64,000 nt of DNA from Bacteroidales bacterium (GTDB lineage: Bacteria; Bacteroidota; Bacteroidia; Bacteroidales; VadinHA17), in the NCBI GenBank assembly GCA_034002785.1, contig JAVEZX010000003.1:831-64830 (forward strand), written 5' to 3'. Both the position numbers and the translations under genes were made by a program. Below the pieces are notes generated by a model. That model had not been told where the DNA came from, ran no database searches, and saw only the letters and a program-made list of their open reading frames with translations. This document shows positions 1 through 9,819 of this stretch, in pieces; the first letter of the stretch is position 1; the number at the start of each line of letters is the position of its first letter.

Positions 1-2
1 CC

Positions 3-194
3 TCCAATTCGGAAAAGAGAGGTGATCTGCTGAAAGGCTACGGTAATGCCGTGATATTGCAGGGCGGATTTCTCCTTGTATTTGACATGGCTATGTATTT
101 CATATTCCATGACATCAGACCTGGTAACATTGAACCGCTGGCAGTAATATTTGACCGCGATGCGATAGCCGCCGGCATACGAATCATATTTTGA
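3..194 (+). CDS. 3' end of a gene starting upstream of the window; unknown product, C-terminus ...AAGIRIIF (terminal Phe as in many outer-membrane beta-barrel proteins)
   Basis: Own translation of frame 3: open from base 3 to TGA at 192-194 (SNSEKRGDLLKGYGNAVILQGGFLLVFDMAMYF...GIRIIF*). It is not in the ORF track because it has no start codon in the window. Confidence 0.35.
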   Translation, partial: SNSEKRGDLLKGYGNAVILQGGFLLVFDMAMYFIFHDIRPGNIEPLAVIFDRDAIAAGIRIIF

Positions 195-240
195 ACGGAA
201 TTGGAGACGGGATGCATTCAGAAATTTTTAAAAACATATT

Positions 241-1659
241 ATGAAGATACTCCTCACCGGTGCAACCGGATACATAGCCAAAAGGCTGCTGCCGTCACTC
301 CTTGCCGGGGGGCACGAGGTAGTATGCTGTGTCCGTGATGCCAGAAGGTTTGACACATCAAGATTCGACACTGAACGGCTTAGCGTGATAACTGCCAATT
401 TCCTTGACAGCAGCTCCCTCTCATCCATCCCGGCAGATATTGATGCCGCCTACTATCTGATTCATTCAATGTCATCTTCCGTCGGGAGTTTCGATGTAAT
501 GGAGAGAGACTCTGCAATAAATTTCAGGGAGAGACTAAACGAGACCCGGGTCAGGCAGGTCATCTATCTGAGCGGAATAGTAAACAATGAGAGCCTGTCG
601 AAACACCTCGGATCGCGGAAGGCAGTCGAGGAGGAGCTGGAGAAAGGGAAATGGCACCTGACCACTCTCCGTGCGGGTATCATTCTGGGATCAGGGAGCG
701 CATCGTTTGAAATAATCAGGGACCTGGTGGAAAAACTGCCGGTGATGGTGGCACCACGCTGGTTGAATACAAGATCGCAGCCCATATCAATCAATAACGT
801 CGTCGAATTTCTCAGCGGGGTTCTGCTCAGAGAAGATACCTTCGGCCAGAACTTCGACATCGGCGGGCCGGATATTCTGACTTACCGGGATATGCTGCTC
901 AGGTTCGCTGCTGTTCGCAACCTGAAGAGAAAAGTATGGGTTGTTCCTGTGATGACACCGAAGCTCTCCTCCTACTGGCTCTATTTTGTCACTTCGACTT
1001 CCTACAAGCTGGCAGTCAATCTTGTTGACAGCATGAAGGTTGAGGTGATCTGCAGGGAAAATGACCTGCACATGAGGCTGGGCGTGAGGCTGCTCAGCTT
1101 TGATGAGTCTGTCAGGAGCGCTTTCTCCAGGATTGAAAGCCATGATGTTTATTCCAGCTGGACCGATGCCCTCTCGGGACCATTGCTGGAGAGGGGACTG
1201 TCTGACCTTGTCAAGGTTCCGACTTACGGTTGCTTTAATGACATCAGGCACAGAAAAGTGACAGACGAGGTCAGGACACTGAACAGAATATGGGCCATAG
1301 GAGGAGATACAGGCTGGTACTATGCCAGCTGGTTATGGGGAATCAGGGGTTTCATGGACAAGCTTTCAGGCGGTGTGGGATTGAGAAGGGGGAGAAAGAA
1401 CGACACTGAAATCTCTCCCGGCGACGCCCTTGATTTCTGGCGGGTATTGTATGCTGACCGAGGGGCAAAAAGACTGCTTCTGTACGCCGAGATGAAGCTT
1501 CCCGGCGAAGCCTGGCTGGAGTTCAGAATTGAAAATGATACTCTGTTCCAGACTGCAACATTCAGGCCTCTGGGTCTGAAAGGAAGGCTCTACTGGTATT
1601 CAGTAATGCCCTTTCATGAACTGATTTTCAGGGGGATGATTAAACGTCTGACCCGCTGA
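241..1659 (+). CDS. NAD(P)-binding SDR/NmrA-like protein with C-terminal DUF2867-like domain
   Basis: N-terminal Rossmann motif MKILLTGATGYIAKRL. The C-terminus has GWYYASWLWGIRGFMDKLSGGVGLRRGRK...GDALDFWRV...LLLYAEMKLPGEAWLEF, typical of DUF2867. Confidence 0.8.
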   Translation: MKILLTGATGYIAKRLLPSLLAGGHEVVCCVRDARRFDTSRFDTERLSVITANFLDSSSLSSIPADIDAAYYLIHSMSSSVGSFDVMERDSAINFRERLNETRVRQVIYLSGIVNNESLSKHLGSRKAVEEELEKGKWHLTTLRAGIILGSGSASFEIIRDLVEKLPVMVAPRWLNTRSQPISINNVVEFLSGVLLREDTFGQNFDIGGPDILTYRDMLLRFAAVRNLKRKVWVVPVMTPKLSSYWLYFVTSTSYKLAVNLVDSMKVEVICRENDLHMRLGVRLLSFDESVRSAFSRIESHDVYSSWTDALSGPLLERGLSDLVKVPTYGCFNDIRHRKVTDEVRTLNRIWAIGGDTGWYYASWLWGIRGFMDKLSGGVGLRRGRKNDTEISPGDALDFWRVLYADRGAKRLLLYAEMKLPGEAWLEFRIENDTLFQTATFRPLGLKGRLYWYSVMPFHELIFRGMIKRLTR

Positions 1660-1782
1660 TTCTGATCAGAAGTATGGACAAGGCAGCACTCCTACAGAGT
1701 ATTGGAATGATCATTATATTTACAGGATGCCTGAGGCGCTGAGAGAAGGTCTCAGGCGCTCCCGGAAAAGGAATTTCACCAA

Positions 1783-2541
1783 ATGGAAAAGACACTCTTC
1801 GACCTCCTGGTCTGGCTGTGGATCACAGTGGCCATTGTCATTTTCATCGTATTGCTTTTTATTACGGCTCCCTTCGGGCGTCACTCGAAGAGAACATGGG
1901 GTGTGACTATCCCTGACAGGCTTGGCTGGTTCATCATGGAGATCCCGGCGCCGCTGATCTTTCTTCTGCTGGTCATGACCGGCACCGCTTCCAAAACTCT
2001 GACATTATGGATTATAACCGGTCTTTACCTGGCGCACTACACCAACCGGGCAATAATCTACCCTCTCAGGATAAGGACCCGTGGCAAGGAGATGCCGCTT
2101 GTGGTTGCACTGATGGCGATCTTCTTTAATTTTGTCAATGCCGGTTTCCTCGGATACTACACGGGGACGCTTCAAACACAATACAGTGCAGCATGGCTGA
2201 CTGATCCGCGTTTCATTGGAGGACTTCTGATCTTTCTGACAGGGATGGCCATAAACATGGCCTCTGACAACCGGCTCATCCACCTCAGGAAAAAGAGCGG
2301 TAACGGCTATCTTATACCACGCGAAGGATTATTTGAGAAAATCTCATGTCCCAACCTCTTTGGTGAAATAGTTGAGTGGGGCGGCTATGCTCTTCTCTGC
2401 TGGTCGCTGCCGGCGCTGTCATTCTTCATCTGGACCTTCTGCAACCTGGTGCCAAGGGCATTGTCGCACCACAGGTGGTACAAAGGGCATTTTGCGGATT
2501 ACCCGACCGGAAGGAAAGCAGTAATCCCTTATATTTTGTAA
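1783..2541 (+). CDS. 3-oxo-5-alpha-steroid 4-dehydrogenase (SRD5A/polyprenol reductase-like) family membrane protein
   Basis: Polytopic protein. The C-terminal block GLFEKISCPNLFGEIVEWGGYALL...HHRWYKGHFADYPTGRKAVIPYIL matches by eye the conserved SRD5A C-terminus (FGEI.EW.GYAL ... HH.WY...F..YP..RK..IP). Confidence 0.8.
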   Translation: MEKTLFDLLVWLWITVAIVIFIVLLFITAPFGRHSKRTWGVTIPDRLGWFIMEIPAPLIFLLLVMTGTASKTLTLWIITGLYLAHYTNRAIIYPLRIRTRGKEMPLVVALMAIFFNFVNAGFLGYYTGTLQTQYSAAWLTDPRFIGGLLIFLTGMAINMASDNRLIHLRKKSGNGYLIPREGLFEKISCPNLFGEIVEWGGYALLCWSLPALSFFIWTFCNLVPRALSHHRWYKGHFADYPTGRKAVIPYIL

Positions 2542-2565
2542 TTTGACCCATTAATTCTGAGTGAC

Positions 2566-3309
2566 ATGAAACAAACAAACCTCAACTGGAAAGGCCGTTT
2601 CCTCTGGCTTGCCATATTTGCAATCGCGATGGGATTTCTGGAAGGTATCGTTGTCGTTTACCTCAGGGAACTCTATTATCCTGAAGGGTTTGAATTCCCG
2701 CTGACGCTCATGTCCTCAGAGCTGGTAAAAGCTGAGTGGATAAGGGAGATTGCCACCCTGATGATGCTGGCAGCAGTCGGAATCATTGCAGGGAGGAACG
2801 GGCTTCAGCGGCTCTTTTACGCACTGTTTGCCTTCGGGGTGTGGGACATATTTTATTATGTCGCACTCAACATGCTGCTGGGCTGGCCGGCCTCACTCCT
2901 CACCTGGGACCTTCTCTTCCTCATACCTGTTTCATGGTTGGGTCCTGTACTGGCACCCGTGATCAACTCGCTTACAATGATCCTCATGGCATTGCTGTTG
3001 ATCGGCAGACAGGAAAAGGGATATTATATCAGGCTGGGGGTTTCGGACTGGATACTGGTCATCAGCGGTGCGTTTGTTATTCTGTACACTTACCTGGCGG
3101 ATTATACACGTCTCCTTCTTGACAGCGGGGTACTGGGTGGCAGGGATGACACGGCAGCAGGGGATCGCTTTGCAGAGATGATAACAAGCTATATACCTGA
3201 AGGGTACAGATGGCCTCTCTTCATAGTAGGTGAAGCACTGATCCTGGCAGCAACAATCAACGTAATGATAAGAAGTCGTAAATATTCAAGAGATGAAACT
3301 ACTAACTAA
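2566..3309 (+). CDS. polytopic membrane protein, unknown function
   Basis: 247-aa ORF with about 6 hydrophobic segments and no motif I recognise. Its 3' end overlaps the next gene's start by 17 nt. Confidence 0.55.
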   Translation: MKQTNLNWKGRFLWLAIFAIAMGFLEGIVVVYLRELYYPEGFEFPLTLMSSELVKAEWIREIATLMMLAAVGIIAGRNGLQRLFYALFAFGVWDIFYYVALNMLLGWPASLLTWDLLFLIPVSWLGPVLAPVINSLTMILMALLLIGRQEKGYYIRLGVSDWILVISGAFVILYTYLADYTRLLLDSGVLGGRDDTAAGDRFAEMITSYIPEGYRWPLFIVGEALILAATINVMIRSRKYSRDETTN

Positions 3310-5389
3310 CCTGACTGCATTTATTATGCTGGCACTTATTTTACCTGGCTGCGGCAGCGGCAAGAGCAGGGATTCAGCCAATTCCGATCCTTATATGTGG
3401 CTTGAGGAAGTACTTGATGAAAAGGCACTTGACTGGGCACGTGCTCAGAACAAACTCTCTGACGAGGCGCTTACCACGCTTCCTGTATACAGTGAACTTC
3501 GCGACAGGTTCCTGGAAGTACTGAATGACAGGGAGAGGATCATCTACCCGGGAATCACAGGCGATTATTCATACAACCTGTGGCAGGACGAGAAGAACGA
3601 GAGAGGCCTCTGGAGGCGCATGCCGAAGAAGGATTACCTGGCAGGCAGGGAGAACTGGGAGACAGTCCTTGACCTGGACCTGCTTTCAGCGGAGGAGGGA
3701 AAGAAGTGGGTCTACGGAGGAGCCACCTGGCTCGGGCCGGAAAACCGCTACTGTCTGCTCTATCTCTCCGACGGGGGAAAGGATGAGAGTTACGTACGTG
3801 AGTTTGATGCCGTGGAAAAAAAGTTTGTCGAGGGTGGATTTTCAATTCCTGAGAGCAAGGGCAGCGCCACGTGGATTGACAGGGATCAGATCCTTGTCGC
3901 CACCAATTACGGTACCGGAACAATGACCTTATCGGGGTATCCGGCCATAGCAAAGATCTGGAAAAGAGGCGAGGATCCGGCATTGGCAGTGACTGTTCAT
4001 CAGACCGACACCACCAACATGGGTGTTTTTGTCAGTGGGGGTGAGTATAACGGAAAGCAATACGTCTTCCTGAGTGAGAACGTGGGCTTCTATGAATCAA
4101 CAGCCTACTTTCTTGCCCCTGACGGATTGAAGCAACTGGATATTCCGAAGGATGTTGAGACAAGTGGCATGTTCAGGGAGAAGTTACTTCTCTACCTCCA
4201 GTCTGACTGGAGTCTTGGCGGCACCACATATAAAAAGGGCACCCTTGTGAGTTATGATCTCTCTTCATTCCTGGCCGGGGCACCTGAGGTGACTACCCTT
4301 TATGAGCCGGTGGAAAGAGAGAGTTTCGCCGGAGTAATGGCAACCCGTGATTTCATCGTTATTGCCACCATGGAGAATGTACAGGGGAAACTGAGGATCA
4401 TGCGTCCCGCCGGAGAAGGATGGGTCACCGAGGCAGTACCTGTACCTGAGTTTGGCACAGTTGGTCTTGCCGGCTCAGATGACAGGTCAAACGAATATTT
4501 CTTCACCTTCAGTAATCCTGTTACACCCACAACGCTCTATTACGGTGACGGGAAGGAGATAAAGGCAATCAGGAAGCAGAAGGATTACTATGATGCATCC
4601 GGGATCAAAGTGGTTCAGAATGAAGCAACCTCTAAAGACGGAACGAAGATACCCTACTTCATTGTTCATCCTGCTGACATGGCATTTGACGGCAGCAATC
4701 CCACCCTTGTATACGGTTACGGAGGATTTAACAGTTCCACCCGTCCCGGATACAGCTCAATGACAGGTATAGGCTGGATTGAAAAGGGAGGAATTTATGT
4801 AATTGCCAACATTCGCGGTGGCGGTGAGTTCGGGCCTGAATGGCATCATTCGGCTCTTCGGGAAAAGAGGCAGAATGCGTATGATGATCTGTTTGCGGTT
4901 GCAGAGGACCTTATAAGGCTGAAGATCACCACTCCTGAGCGGATGGGATTCTATGGCTGGAGCAACGGAGGGTTGCTGGCCGGTGTTGCCATGACACAGA
5001 GGCCCGATCTCTGGAATGCAGTTATCATAGGGGCTCCCCTGCTTGACATGAAGAGGTATAATAAGCTCCTCGCCGGTGCGAGCTGGATGGACGAGTACGG
5101 CAATCCTGACGTGCCTGAAGACTGGGCATTCATCAGCAAATATTCACCCTACCAGAATCTGAAGAAGGATGTGAAGTATCCGATTCCTCTGTTCATCACC
5201 TCAACCAGGGATGACAGGGTTCACCCCGGTCATGCGCGCAAGATGGCGGCAAAGATGATTGACATGGGCCACCCGCTTTACTATCATGAAACGATAGAGG
5301 GCGGTCACGGTGCATCGTCAACCAACGCGCAGGAGGCGGAGATGAGGGCACTGATGTACACCTATCTGAAGATGCAGCTTATTGACTAA
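3293..5389 (+). CDS. prolyl oligopeptidase family (S9A) serine peptidase, lipoprotein
   Basis: Lipoprotein signal ...LILPGC. Size is about 700 aa. Nucleophile elbow GWSNGG, then TSTRDDRV and GGHGA, fit a Ser/Asp/His triad. Confidence 0.85.
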   Translation: MKLLTNLTAFIMLALILPGCGSGKSRDSANSDPYMWLEEVLDEKALDWARAQNKLSDEALTTLPVYSELRDRFLEVLNDRERIIYPGITGDYSYNLWQDEKNERGLWRRMPKKDYLAGRENWETVLDLDLLSAEEGKKWVYGGATWLGPENRYCLLYLSDGGKDESYVREFDAVEKKFVEGGFSIPESKGSATWIDRDQILVATNYGTGTMTLSGYPAIAKIWKRGEDPALAVTVHQTDTTNMGVFVSGGEYNGKQYVFLSENVGFYESTAYFLAPDGLKQLDIPKDVETSGMFREKLLLYLQSDWSLGGTTYKKGTLVSYDLSSFLAGAPEVTTLYEPVERESFAGVMATRDFIVIATMENVQGKLRIMRPAGEGWVTEAVPVPEFGTVGLAGSDDRSNEYFFTFSNPVTPTTLYYGDGKEIKAIRKQKDYYDASGIKVVQNEATSKDGTKIPYFIVHPADMAFDGSNPTLVYGYGGFNSSTRPGYSSMTGIGWIEKGGIYVIANIRGGGEFGPEWHHSALREKRQNAYDDLFAVAEDLIRLKITTPERMGFYGWSNGGLLAGVAMTQRPDLWNAVIIGAPLLDMKRYNKLLAGASWMDEYGNPDVPEDWAFISKYSPYQNLKKDVKYPIPLFITSTRDDRVHPGHARKMAAKMIDMGHPLYYHETIEGGHGASSTNAQEAEMRALMYTYLKMQLID

Positions 5390-5430
5390 GCCTTCATTTT
5401 GATGATTTTACTGCAGCCGGCAGATAAGAG

Positions 5431-5462
5431 GAAGGCTGCCGGTTGGGGCTCCGGCAGCCTTC
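5431..5462 (+). terminator. stem-loop downstream of the peptidase gene (putative intrinsic terminator)
   Basis: Perfect 12-bp inverted repeat gaaggctgccgg/ccggcagccttc with an 8-nt loop, 42 nt after the stop. No clear U-tract follows. A third ccggcag copy at 5417-5423 could form an alternative 7-bp pairing. Confidence 0.45.
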
Positions 5463-5727
5463 GCTGCATTAAAACGGACTTATGGAAAGAAAGAATAAAT
5501 GCCGTTATGGCATCGGTTCTGATCCGCTTGCATGGATGAACCTATTCCGAAATGTACAGGTCCGAACATGAAGATTTGATGAAAAAACCTTCATTTTACA
5601 GGTGACTTGCATATAACTTCTGAACGGAAGCATACAAAGGATGATGATATTTGAACTGTCAGATATTGGCAGGGAAAAAAATTTATATATTTATAGAGCC
5701 TGATTTTAGATATTTAACCTTAACTCT

Positions 5728-6084
5728 ATGACTATGACCAGAAAATTCTCAATCCTGACTATGCTTCTGTGCCTGGCAATCATTTCAGTATCATGCGGAG
5801 GCGGAAAAAGCAACACCGTAAAGGATGTACCTGAAGCAGAAGTTGTTACTGCCACTGCGGAGATTTCCATCGAAGGGATGACCTGCACCGGATGTGAAAA
5901 CACGATCTGCACCAGCATTGAAAAAATTCCGGGAGTGAAAGCTGTTACGGCCTCACATACTGACGGCAAGGCAACCGTCGAGTTTGATGCAGGCAAGGTT
6001 GACACCGCCGCGATAAAGGCTGCAATTGATGCTGCCGGCTACAAGGCACTTAAGGTTACGACCGCCGTACCTGAGGCAAATTAA
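5728..6084 (+). CDS. heavy-metal-associated (HMA) domain lipoprotein, putative periplasmic copper chaperone
   Basis: Signal plus lipobox (ISVSC) and the GMTCTGC metal-binding CxxC motif of the HMA fold. It is the first gene of the oxidase cluster. Confidence 0.8.
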   Translation: MTMTRKFSILTMLLCLAIISVSCGGGKSNTVKDVPEAEVVTATAEISIEGMTCTGCENTICTSIEKIPGVKAVTASHTDGKATVEFDAGKVDTAAIKAAIDAAGYKALKVTTAVPEAN

Positions 6085-6132
6085 GATTACTGATCCTTAA
6101 AGATCCAACCGTTTAAACTCAAGCTGATTACC

Positions 6133-7110
6133 ATGTCCAGAGAGAAGAAGGAAGAGGGTAATGGCAGCAATGATCTTGACAGGGCGATAGAGACTTCAAG
6201 GCGTGATTTCATCAGGAAGGTCACACTTGCAGGAGCTGTCACTGTCACCGGCGGAGCTGCGATTTACTCAGGCCACCGATTTGAAAAGGCGAAGCACAGA
6301 GAGGGCTTTGTAAAGGTCCTTACCGAGGATAACAGGCTGGTTGAGATCCCGGTTGAGCAGATGAGGGATTTCAAGCCTGACCTGAAGATGCTTCAGAGCC
6401 GGGGCAGGGAAGGGATTGCCGGCCGCAGATGGGTGATGGTAATTGACCTCTCAAAGTGCCGTAACGCGAGGAAGTGTGTTGAGGCATGCCAGAGTGCGCA
6501 TCACCTGAGGCCCTATGAATACCATATTAATACTCTTGTGATGCAGGAGTCTGTAAACACGTCTGCCTTCTTCATGCCCAAGCCGTGCCAGCACTGTGAC
6601 AACCCGCCATGCGTCTCGGTATGCCCGGTGGATGCCACATTCAAACGACAGGACGGTATTGTGCTTATTGACAATGAAAGATGCATTGGCTGCCGTTTCT
6701 GCATTGCAGCCTGCCCCTACTCTGCCAGGATATTCCACTGGCAGGAACCATCTCTTAATGAGGCTGACAAGGACAAGGAATACGATGTGGAGCTTAACGT
6801 GCCGCAGAAAAAGGGTACGGTAACCAAATGTCTGTTCAGTGCTGACAGGCTGAGGGAGGGGATGCTTCCGTACTGTGTATCGGCCTGTCCCAACGGCGTC
6901 TTTTATTTCGGTGATGAGAACGAGGATGCCGTCACAAACGGGACCACCAAGGAGACCGTGCGACTGAGCGAGCTGCTTGAGAAGAACGCAGGTTACAGGC
7001 TGATGCCTGAACTTGGCACAAAACCAAGGGTCTACTATCTGCCCCCCAAGAACAGGATCTTTGAGTTTGAGGAGGGAGAAAAAAGAGAATATAAGGAAGA
7101 AAAAGCATAA
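6133..7110 (+). CDS. TAT-exported 4-cluster iron-sulfur protein, NrfC/PsrB/ActB(FeS domain)-like
   Basis: Twin-arginine motif SRRDFIRKV. Cys groups are C-x5-C-x3-C, CQHCDNPPCVSVCP, CIGCRFCIAACP and C-x15-CVSACP. Confidence 0.85.
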   Translation: MSREKKEEGNGSNDLDRAIETSRRDFIRKVTLAGAVTVTGGAAIYSGHRFEKAKHREGFVKVLTEDNRLVEIPVEQMRDFKPDLKMLQSRGREGIAGRRWVMVIDLSKCRNARKCVEACQSAHHLRPYEYHINTLVMQESVNTSAFFMPKPCQHCDNPPCVSVCPVDATFKRQDGIVLIDNERCIGCRFCIAACPYSARIFHWQEPSLNEADKDKEYDVELNVPQKKGTVTKCLFSADRLREGMLPYCVSACPNGVFYFGDENEDAVTNGTTKETVRLSELLEKNAGYRLMPELGTKPRVYYLPPKNRIFEFEEGEKREYKEEKA

Positions 7111-7122
7111 ACCGTTAACGAT

Positions 7123-8466
7123 ATGGATGATATCCGTTTCAGCAAACCGGGAGAGCAGGGGAAAATCAACACCCTGGCCGCTGACATCCTGAAGAATGTC
7201 AGGATCAATACCGGCTTCCTTCTATGGATGGGTTTTCTCGGGGCTCTGCTGGTTGTCTGTCTCTATGCCTACACAATTCAGCTTCGCGAAGGACTGGGTG
7301 TCACCGGTCTTCGTGATGTGACAAGCTGGGGGATGTACATTGCCAACTTCGTCTTCTTCGTGGCCACCAGCCTGTGCGGCATGCTGATCAGTTCCGTACT
7401 CGGACTTATCGGGTATAAATGGGTCAAGCCTATCTCCAGAATTGCAGAGATAATAGCCATCGCTTTTGCAGCAGTTGCAGGACTGGTGATCATCTCGGAC
7501 ATGGGCCGTCCCGACAGGCTTCCCTATGTCTTCCTCTTTGGCAGGGTTCAGTCGCCCATCCTCTGGGACGTTACCGTGGTCACGACCTACTTTGTACTGA
7601 GTCTTCTCCTCTGGTTTTTCCCGATGATACCGGATCTTGCAATAGCGAAGGACAAGCTTGAGGGGAGGCCGAAATTCCTGGTCAAAGCCTATGAAATACT
7701 GTCATTCCGATGGATGCACCACGAGGTGCAATACCGGATCCTTGGGCAGGCTGTAAGGATACTGCTAATACTTATTATCCCGACCGCCTTTGCAATACAT
7801 ACAGTCACCTCGTGGCTGTTTGCCGTAACGCCGAGGGTCGGGTGGGACAGTACGATCTTCGGTCCCTACTTCATCTCGGGAGCCTTTGTATCAGGCGCTG
7901 CCGCCGTGATAATCGCCATGTACTTTTTCAGGGTGAACTACAGGCTGGAGAAATACCTGAATGCAGAGGTCTTTGAACGGATGGGAAGGGTGATGGTGCT
8001 GGTTGCGATAGTGTACTTCTATTTCAATCTCAATGAGTTCCTGGTGCCGGCATACAAGCTGAAGACAGGTGATGCCATACACCTGCGGGAGCTGTTTACG
8101 GGGCATTACGCGATGCTTTTCTGGGGCATACAGCTGTTCGGGCTTGTGATTCCCACAGTGCTTCTTCTCTTCCGGCAGATGCGGAAGCCACTGCCGATGA
8201 TGGTCATCTCAGTCTTTGTGCTGTGCGCCTCGTGGTTCAAGAGGTATATAATTGTTGTTCCGCCGCAGGCACATCCCAACCTCCCGGTACAGCATGTCCC
8301 GATCGAGTGGGTGGTTTACAAACCCACACTGATTGAGATAGCTGTCACCGTGGCATCCATCGTGCTTGTGCTTATAATAATTACGGTTCTTTCGAAGCTC
8401 TTTCCCGTGGTCCCTATCTGGGAGATGGCAGAGGAGCATGAAGGAGAGGAAAAAATCATCCAGTAA
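7123..8466 (+). CDS. NrfD/PsrC/ActC-like polytopic quinol-interacting membrane subunit
   Basis: 447-aa protein with about 10 hydrophobic helices, immediately after the NrfC-like gene (12-nt gap). Size fits ActC/ActF-type NrfD family members. Confidence 0.8.
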   Translation: MDDIRFSKPGEQGKINTLAADILKNVRINTGFLLWMGFLGALLVVCLYAYTIQLREGLGVTGLRDVTSWGMYIANFVFFVATSLCGMLISSVLGLIGYKWVKPISRIAEIIAIAFAAVAGLVIISDMGRPDRLPYVFLFGRVQSPILWDVTVVTTYFVLSLLLWFFPMIPDLAIAKDKLEGRPKFLVKAYEILSFRWMHHEVQYRILGQAVRILLILIIPTAFAIHTVTSWLFAVTPRVGWDSTIFGPYFISGAFVSGAAAVIIAMYFFRVNYRLEKYLNAEVFERMGRVMVLVAIVYFYFNLNEFLVPAYKLKTGDAIHLRELFTGHYAMLFWGIQLFGLVIPTVLLLFRQMRKPLPMMVISVFVLCASWFKRYIIVVPPQAHPNLPVQHVPIEWVVYKPTLIEIAVTVASIVLVLIIITVLSKLFPVVPIWEMAEEHEGEEKIIQ

Positions 8467-8484
8467 CCGAAAACCAGATTCGCT

Positions 8485-9420
8485 ATGAAATATACCGCAG
8501 CACTTATACTATGTCTGATGTTGCTTCCGTCATTTGCCAGGGGCCAGGATTGGGTGGTTCCCGATGACAGGAAAGGTAGGCTCAGCACATTCCCGTTCAC
8601 CGACGAAACCAGGAAAGAGGGTGAGCGGCTGTACAGGATCAACTGTCAGTCGTGTCACGGTGATCCGGGCAGGAATAACTACATAGCGCTTGTGCCTCCA
8701 CCCGGAGACCCGGCCACTGAAAAGATACAGAAGAACAGTGACGGTGAGATCTTTCACAAGGTTGCCGTCGGACGCGGCCAGATGCCCTCTTTCCGCAGTG
8801 TTCTGTCCACCGATGAGATATGGAAGGTTGTTTCCTATCTCAGGAGTTACAACCGTGATTATGTTCAGAAGGTGATGCAGGTGATAACCTCTTCAGCCTA
8901 CCCGGGTGCAGTCATCAGCATGAAGATGGCGTTTGATGAGGCACAGAGAACAGTTTCAGTGATTGCTTCAGCCACCGGCGAATCGGGCACCGTGCCCGTA
9001 ACAGGCGCCGGTATCAGGCTTCTTGTTTCCCGGTACTTCGGGCATATGGTGGTTGATGAGGAGAAGACGACAGACAGCAATGGCATTGCTCTCTTTACAG
9101 TGCCTGAAGGTCTTCCCGGGGACACTGCAGGGAATCTTAGTTTCAGTGCACAGTTCTCCGATGAGGCAACATTTGGCAGTGTATCAAAAGATTCCGTGCT
9201 TATGGCGGGCACAGTAACCGTGCCGGTCAGCCTTAGAGCGAAGAGAGCCATGTGGAACACGGTCCGAAAGGCTCCGGTTTGGATTATCCTGGCGTATGGC
9301 CTGGGGGTGCTGGCAGTCTGGGGATTCATCTTAATGGTGATGATGAAGCTCCGTGACATCTTTACGGTTGGCACTGCCCTCAGACAGGGGATGCCACATA
9401 CAGAAACTGATAAACAATAA
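8485..9420 (+). CDS. monoheme c-type cytochrome with extra beta-rich domain and C-terminal membrane anchor
   Basis: N-terminal signal peptide, a single CQSCH heme motif (nt 8644-8658), and GRGQMPSF as a candidate Met ligand. A roughly 130-aa S/T/G/V-rich segment follows, then the hydrophobic VWIILAYGLGVLAVWGFILMVMM near the C-terminus. Confidence 0.8.
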   Translation: MKYTAALILCLMLLPSFARGQDWVVPDDRKGRLSTFPFTDETRKEGERLYRINCQSCHGDPGRNNYIALVPPPGDPATEKIQKNSDGEIFHKVAVGRGQMPSFRSVLSTDEIWKVVSYLRSYNRDYVQKVMQVITSSAYPGAVISMKMAFDEAQRTVSVIASATGESGTVPVTGAGIRLLVSRYFGHMVVDEEKTTDSNGIALFTVPEGLPGDTAGNLSFSAQFSDEATFGSVSKDSVLMAGTVTVPVSLRAKRAMWNTVRKAPVWIILAYGLGVLAVWGFILMVMMKLRDIFTVGTALRQGMPHTETDKQ

Positions 9421-9432
9421 AACAATAACCAA

Positions 9433-9819
9433 ATGAAGCACCTGGCTCCTATCGGACGTATCCTGTTTGCACTGCCCTTTGCCGTGTTCGGGATAAACCA
9501 TCTTTTCATGATGGATTACTACCTGGGTATGCTTACCTCCTTCGTTCCGCTCGGAGGTTACACAATAATTCTTACGGGCCTGGTGATGATTGCCGTAAGC
9601 ATAAGTATCATCACAAAAAAGTTCATCAGGCTCTCCACGCTTATTCTGGCCGGGCTGCTGCTGATCTTTATCCTGACCATACATATCCCGCACCTCCTTG
9701 ACGGGTCCGAGAGGGTACCCATTATGATAGCATTGCTGAAGGACATTTCGCTTATGGGAGGGTCGCTTATGATTGCAGGTTACTGCGCTGAGAGTGAAAC
9801 AAAAAAAGAAGACAAATGA
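9433..9819 (+). CDS. DoxX family membrane protein
   Basis: 128 aa with 4 hydrophobic helices. The N-terminus IGRILFALPFAVFGINHLF is typical of DoxX/DoxD-like proteins. Its stop overlaps the next start (ATGA). Confidence 0.65.
   Translation: MKHLAPIGRILFALPFAVFGINHLFMMDYYLGMLTSFVPLGGYTIILTGLVMIAVSISIITKKFIRLSTLILAGLLLIFILTIHIPHLLDGSERVPIMIALLKDISLMGGSLMIAGYCAESETKKEDK

Noticed and set aside
1660-1671. A perfect 12-nt palindrome ttctgatcagaa lies right after the SDR stop, and a 22-codon hydrophobic mini-ORF lies at 1674-1742.
   Set aside because: The palindrome has no loop and is too short for a terminator call. The mini-ORF has no recognisable features or support.
5482-5571. A 29-codon ORF (MERKNKCRYGIGSDPLAWMNLFRNVQVRT) lies in the long intergenic region.
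   Set aside because: There is no motif, no promoter or RBS context, and no way to support coding from sequence alone.
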